Notes under the pieces: model-generated
What the model was told of the DNA's origin: nothing
Databases searched by the model: none
Seen by the model: only the letters and a program-made list of their open reading frames with translations
Shown here: positions 8,327 through 9,943 of the stretch, in pieces
How the letters are laid out: the number at the start of each line of letters is the position of its first letter
Position numbering within the stretch: position 1 is the stretch's first letter
Assembly (NCBI RefSeq): GCF_006345805.1
Contig: NW_021827784.1
Span: forward strand, 1-9,943
Reading direction: 5' to 3'
DNA from: Octopus sinensis
Lineage: Eukaryota
Length of the DNA: 9,943 nt
Translations under genes and position numbers: made by a program

Positions 8327-8949
8327 CTTGCGTCCCCAAAGTCCATACCATCCTCACCGTAGTGGGGACGCTGGCAACAGATAGTGTCAGGTAAGGCGGC
8401 GAGTTGGCAGTATTTCGTCTGCAGCTACGTTCTGAGTTCAAATTCCGCCGAGGTCGACTTTGCCTTTCATCCTTTCGGGGTCGATTAAATAGGTACCAGT
8501 TACGCACTGGGGTCGATATAATCGACTTAATCCGTTTGTTTGTCCTTATTTGTTCTCTCTGAGTTTAGCCCCTTGTGGGTAGTAAAGAAATAGGTAGTGT
8601 CAGAGCTATGCCGTCAGGAACTTCGGTTCCTGGTAGGGCCACCCAAGGCGGATTGGTCTGACACCGAGTTTTATTAGGTCCACAACCCGACAGACGGTGA
8701 AAATCCTCGGAGTATCTGTTTCGGCAACTGGCGGCTCCTTGGTCATTCTGTCCCTGCGTCTGCGGGCAATCTGCGGCAAACAGGATGTCTCTACAAGCGG
8801 GATTGTTGGGGAGCACTTGTGAAATTCAAATTCCCACGAAACTTCTTCCACGGCTTCGAAACTTCTTCGAGATGCTTCGAGGGTGGTAGAAGAAGCCGAC
8901 TCAACCCACCCAAGGTGAATGTTGCCTCAAGTAAGTCAAGTACAGTAAG
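8327..8949 (+). mobile_element. Bipartite non-autonomous RTE-type retroelement (5' UTR joined to 3' end), interrupted by a SINE
   Basis: 9-bp TSD ttccggttg at 8318-8326 and 8950-8958. The motif gagctatgccgtc...ggtagggccacccaag resembles the conserved RTE/BovB 5' UTR. The 3' end is ctcaacccacccaaggtgaatg plus a short tandem tail caagtaagtcaagtacagtaag. It is more GC-rich than its flanks and has no RT ORF. Confidence 0.75.
8391..8594 (+). mobile_element. tRNA-derived SINE, third family, with perfect TSD
   Basis: 9-bp TSD tagtgtcag at 8382-8390 and 8595-8603. Head ggcggcgagttggcag, B box GTTCAAATTCC (8436-8446), and central gaggtcgactttgcctttcatcctttcggggtcgat. Confidence 0.88.
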
Positions 8950-9306
8950 TTCCGGTTGTTTCAGATATGCATTTTGGGTGCGTTAATGGTCCAGTTTAAT
9001 GAATCGAGTGATTTATTTATTCAAAGTATAGTGAAGGATCGTTCGAATGTTATCTTCCTCACATTCTCACAAATATGAATCATTATCATTATTTTTATTG
9101 AAATGATACAATAGTTAGAGGAAATATAATCAGATGCACACACAATCGTGCACGTAATTTTATTTGGCGTTGCTGTAAAATAATTTAATATATCGTAATT
9201 ATAAAGAACGATATAATTGTTATATGAATATATAAATAGCAATTTAAAGCTGGTATGTGATGCAGAAACGAATGTTGGATCCTAATATGAAAGTTTCCTA
9301 TCCTCC

Positions 9307-9407
9307 ACACATATACATACATATACACACATATTTATATATGTACACACACACATATGTAATCATATATGTATATGTATACACATACACACACACACAC
9401 ATACACA
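9307..9407. repeat. (CA)/(TA) microsatellite
   Basis: Read directly from the sequence. Confidence 0.9.
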
Positions 9408-9408
9408 A

Positions 9409-9717
<309 letters not shown>

Positions 9718-9943
9718 GTCTATAATGACAAGGCTCTAAAATTTGTTTTTCTAAACTAGTTTGGAATGTCTAGGGTCATAATAATAAAAACGTGACAGAA
9801 GTTGCAGTTAAACTGTCGTTCTGAAAGGCCCTTAAATTTTCGAAGGGATCACTGTCTCGTTACTGGTGTCCTGTCTATTTGCATCACTGAACAGCCTACA
9901 CACACAAACACTAGGTCGTCGTAAGTTTAGTTCACTCCGATTC

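Noticed and set aside
8565-8851. Minus-strand ORFs of 81-83 aa
   Set aside because: Chance ORFs antisense to the GC-richer RTE-like UTR. One runs into the inserted SINE.

Overview
AT-rich, microsatellite-dense eukaryotic non-coding DNA made almost entirely of transposable-element relics. The SINE families and repeat style resemble an octopus/cephalopod genome; this is inferred from recalled repeats, not from a search. No intact protein-coding gene is supported. Contents: four tRNA-type SINE copies from three families, a decayed CR1-group LINE reverse-transcriptase fragment, a decayed Penelope-like element (RT YRDD plus GIY-YIG, invisible in the ORF track), an internally deleted Tc1/mariner-superfamily transposon, a hAT MITE and a mariner MITE with target-site duplications (TSDs), a bipartite RTE-derived element with a SINE nested inside it (both with 9-bp TSDs), a 258-bp fold-back palindrome and several simple repeats. 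The most interesting signals are two type-I hammerhead-ribozyme-like folds (1010-1080 on +, 1678-1712 on -), each in a short element next to (TA)n tracts, plus a possible third decayed one inside the palindrome downstream of the Penelope fossil.
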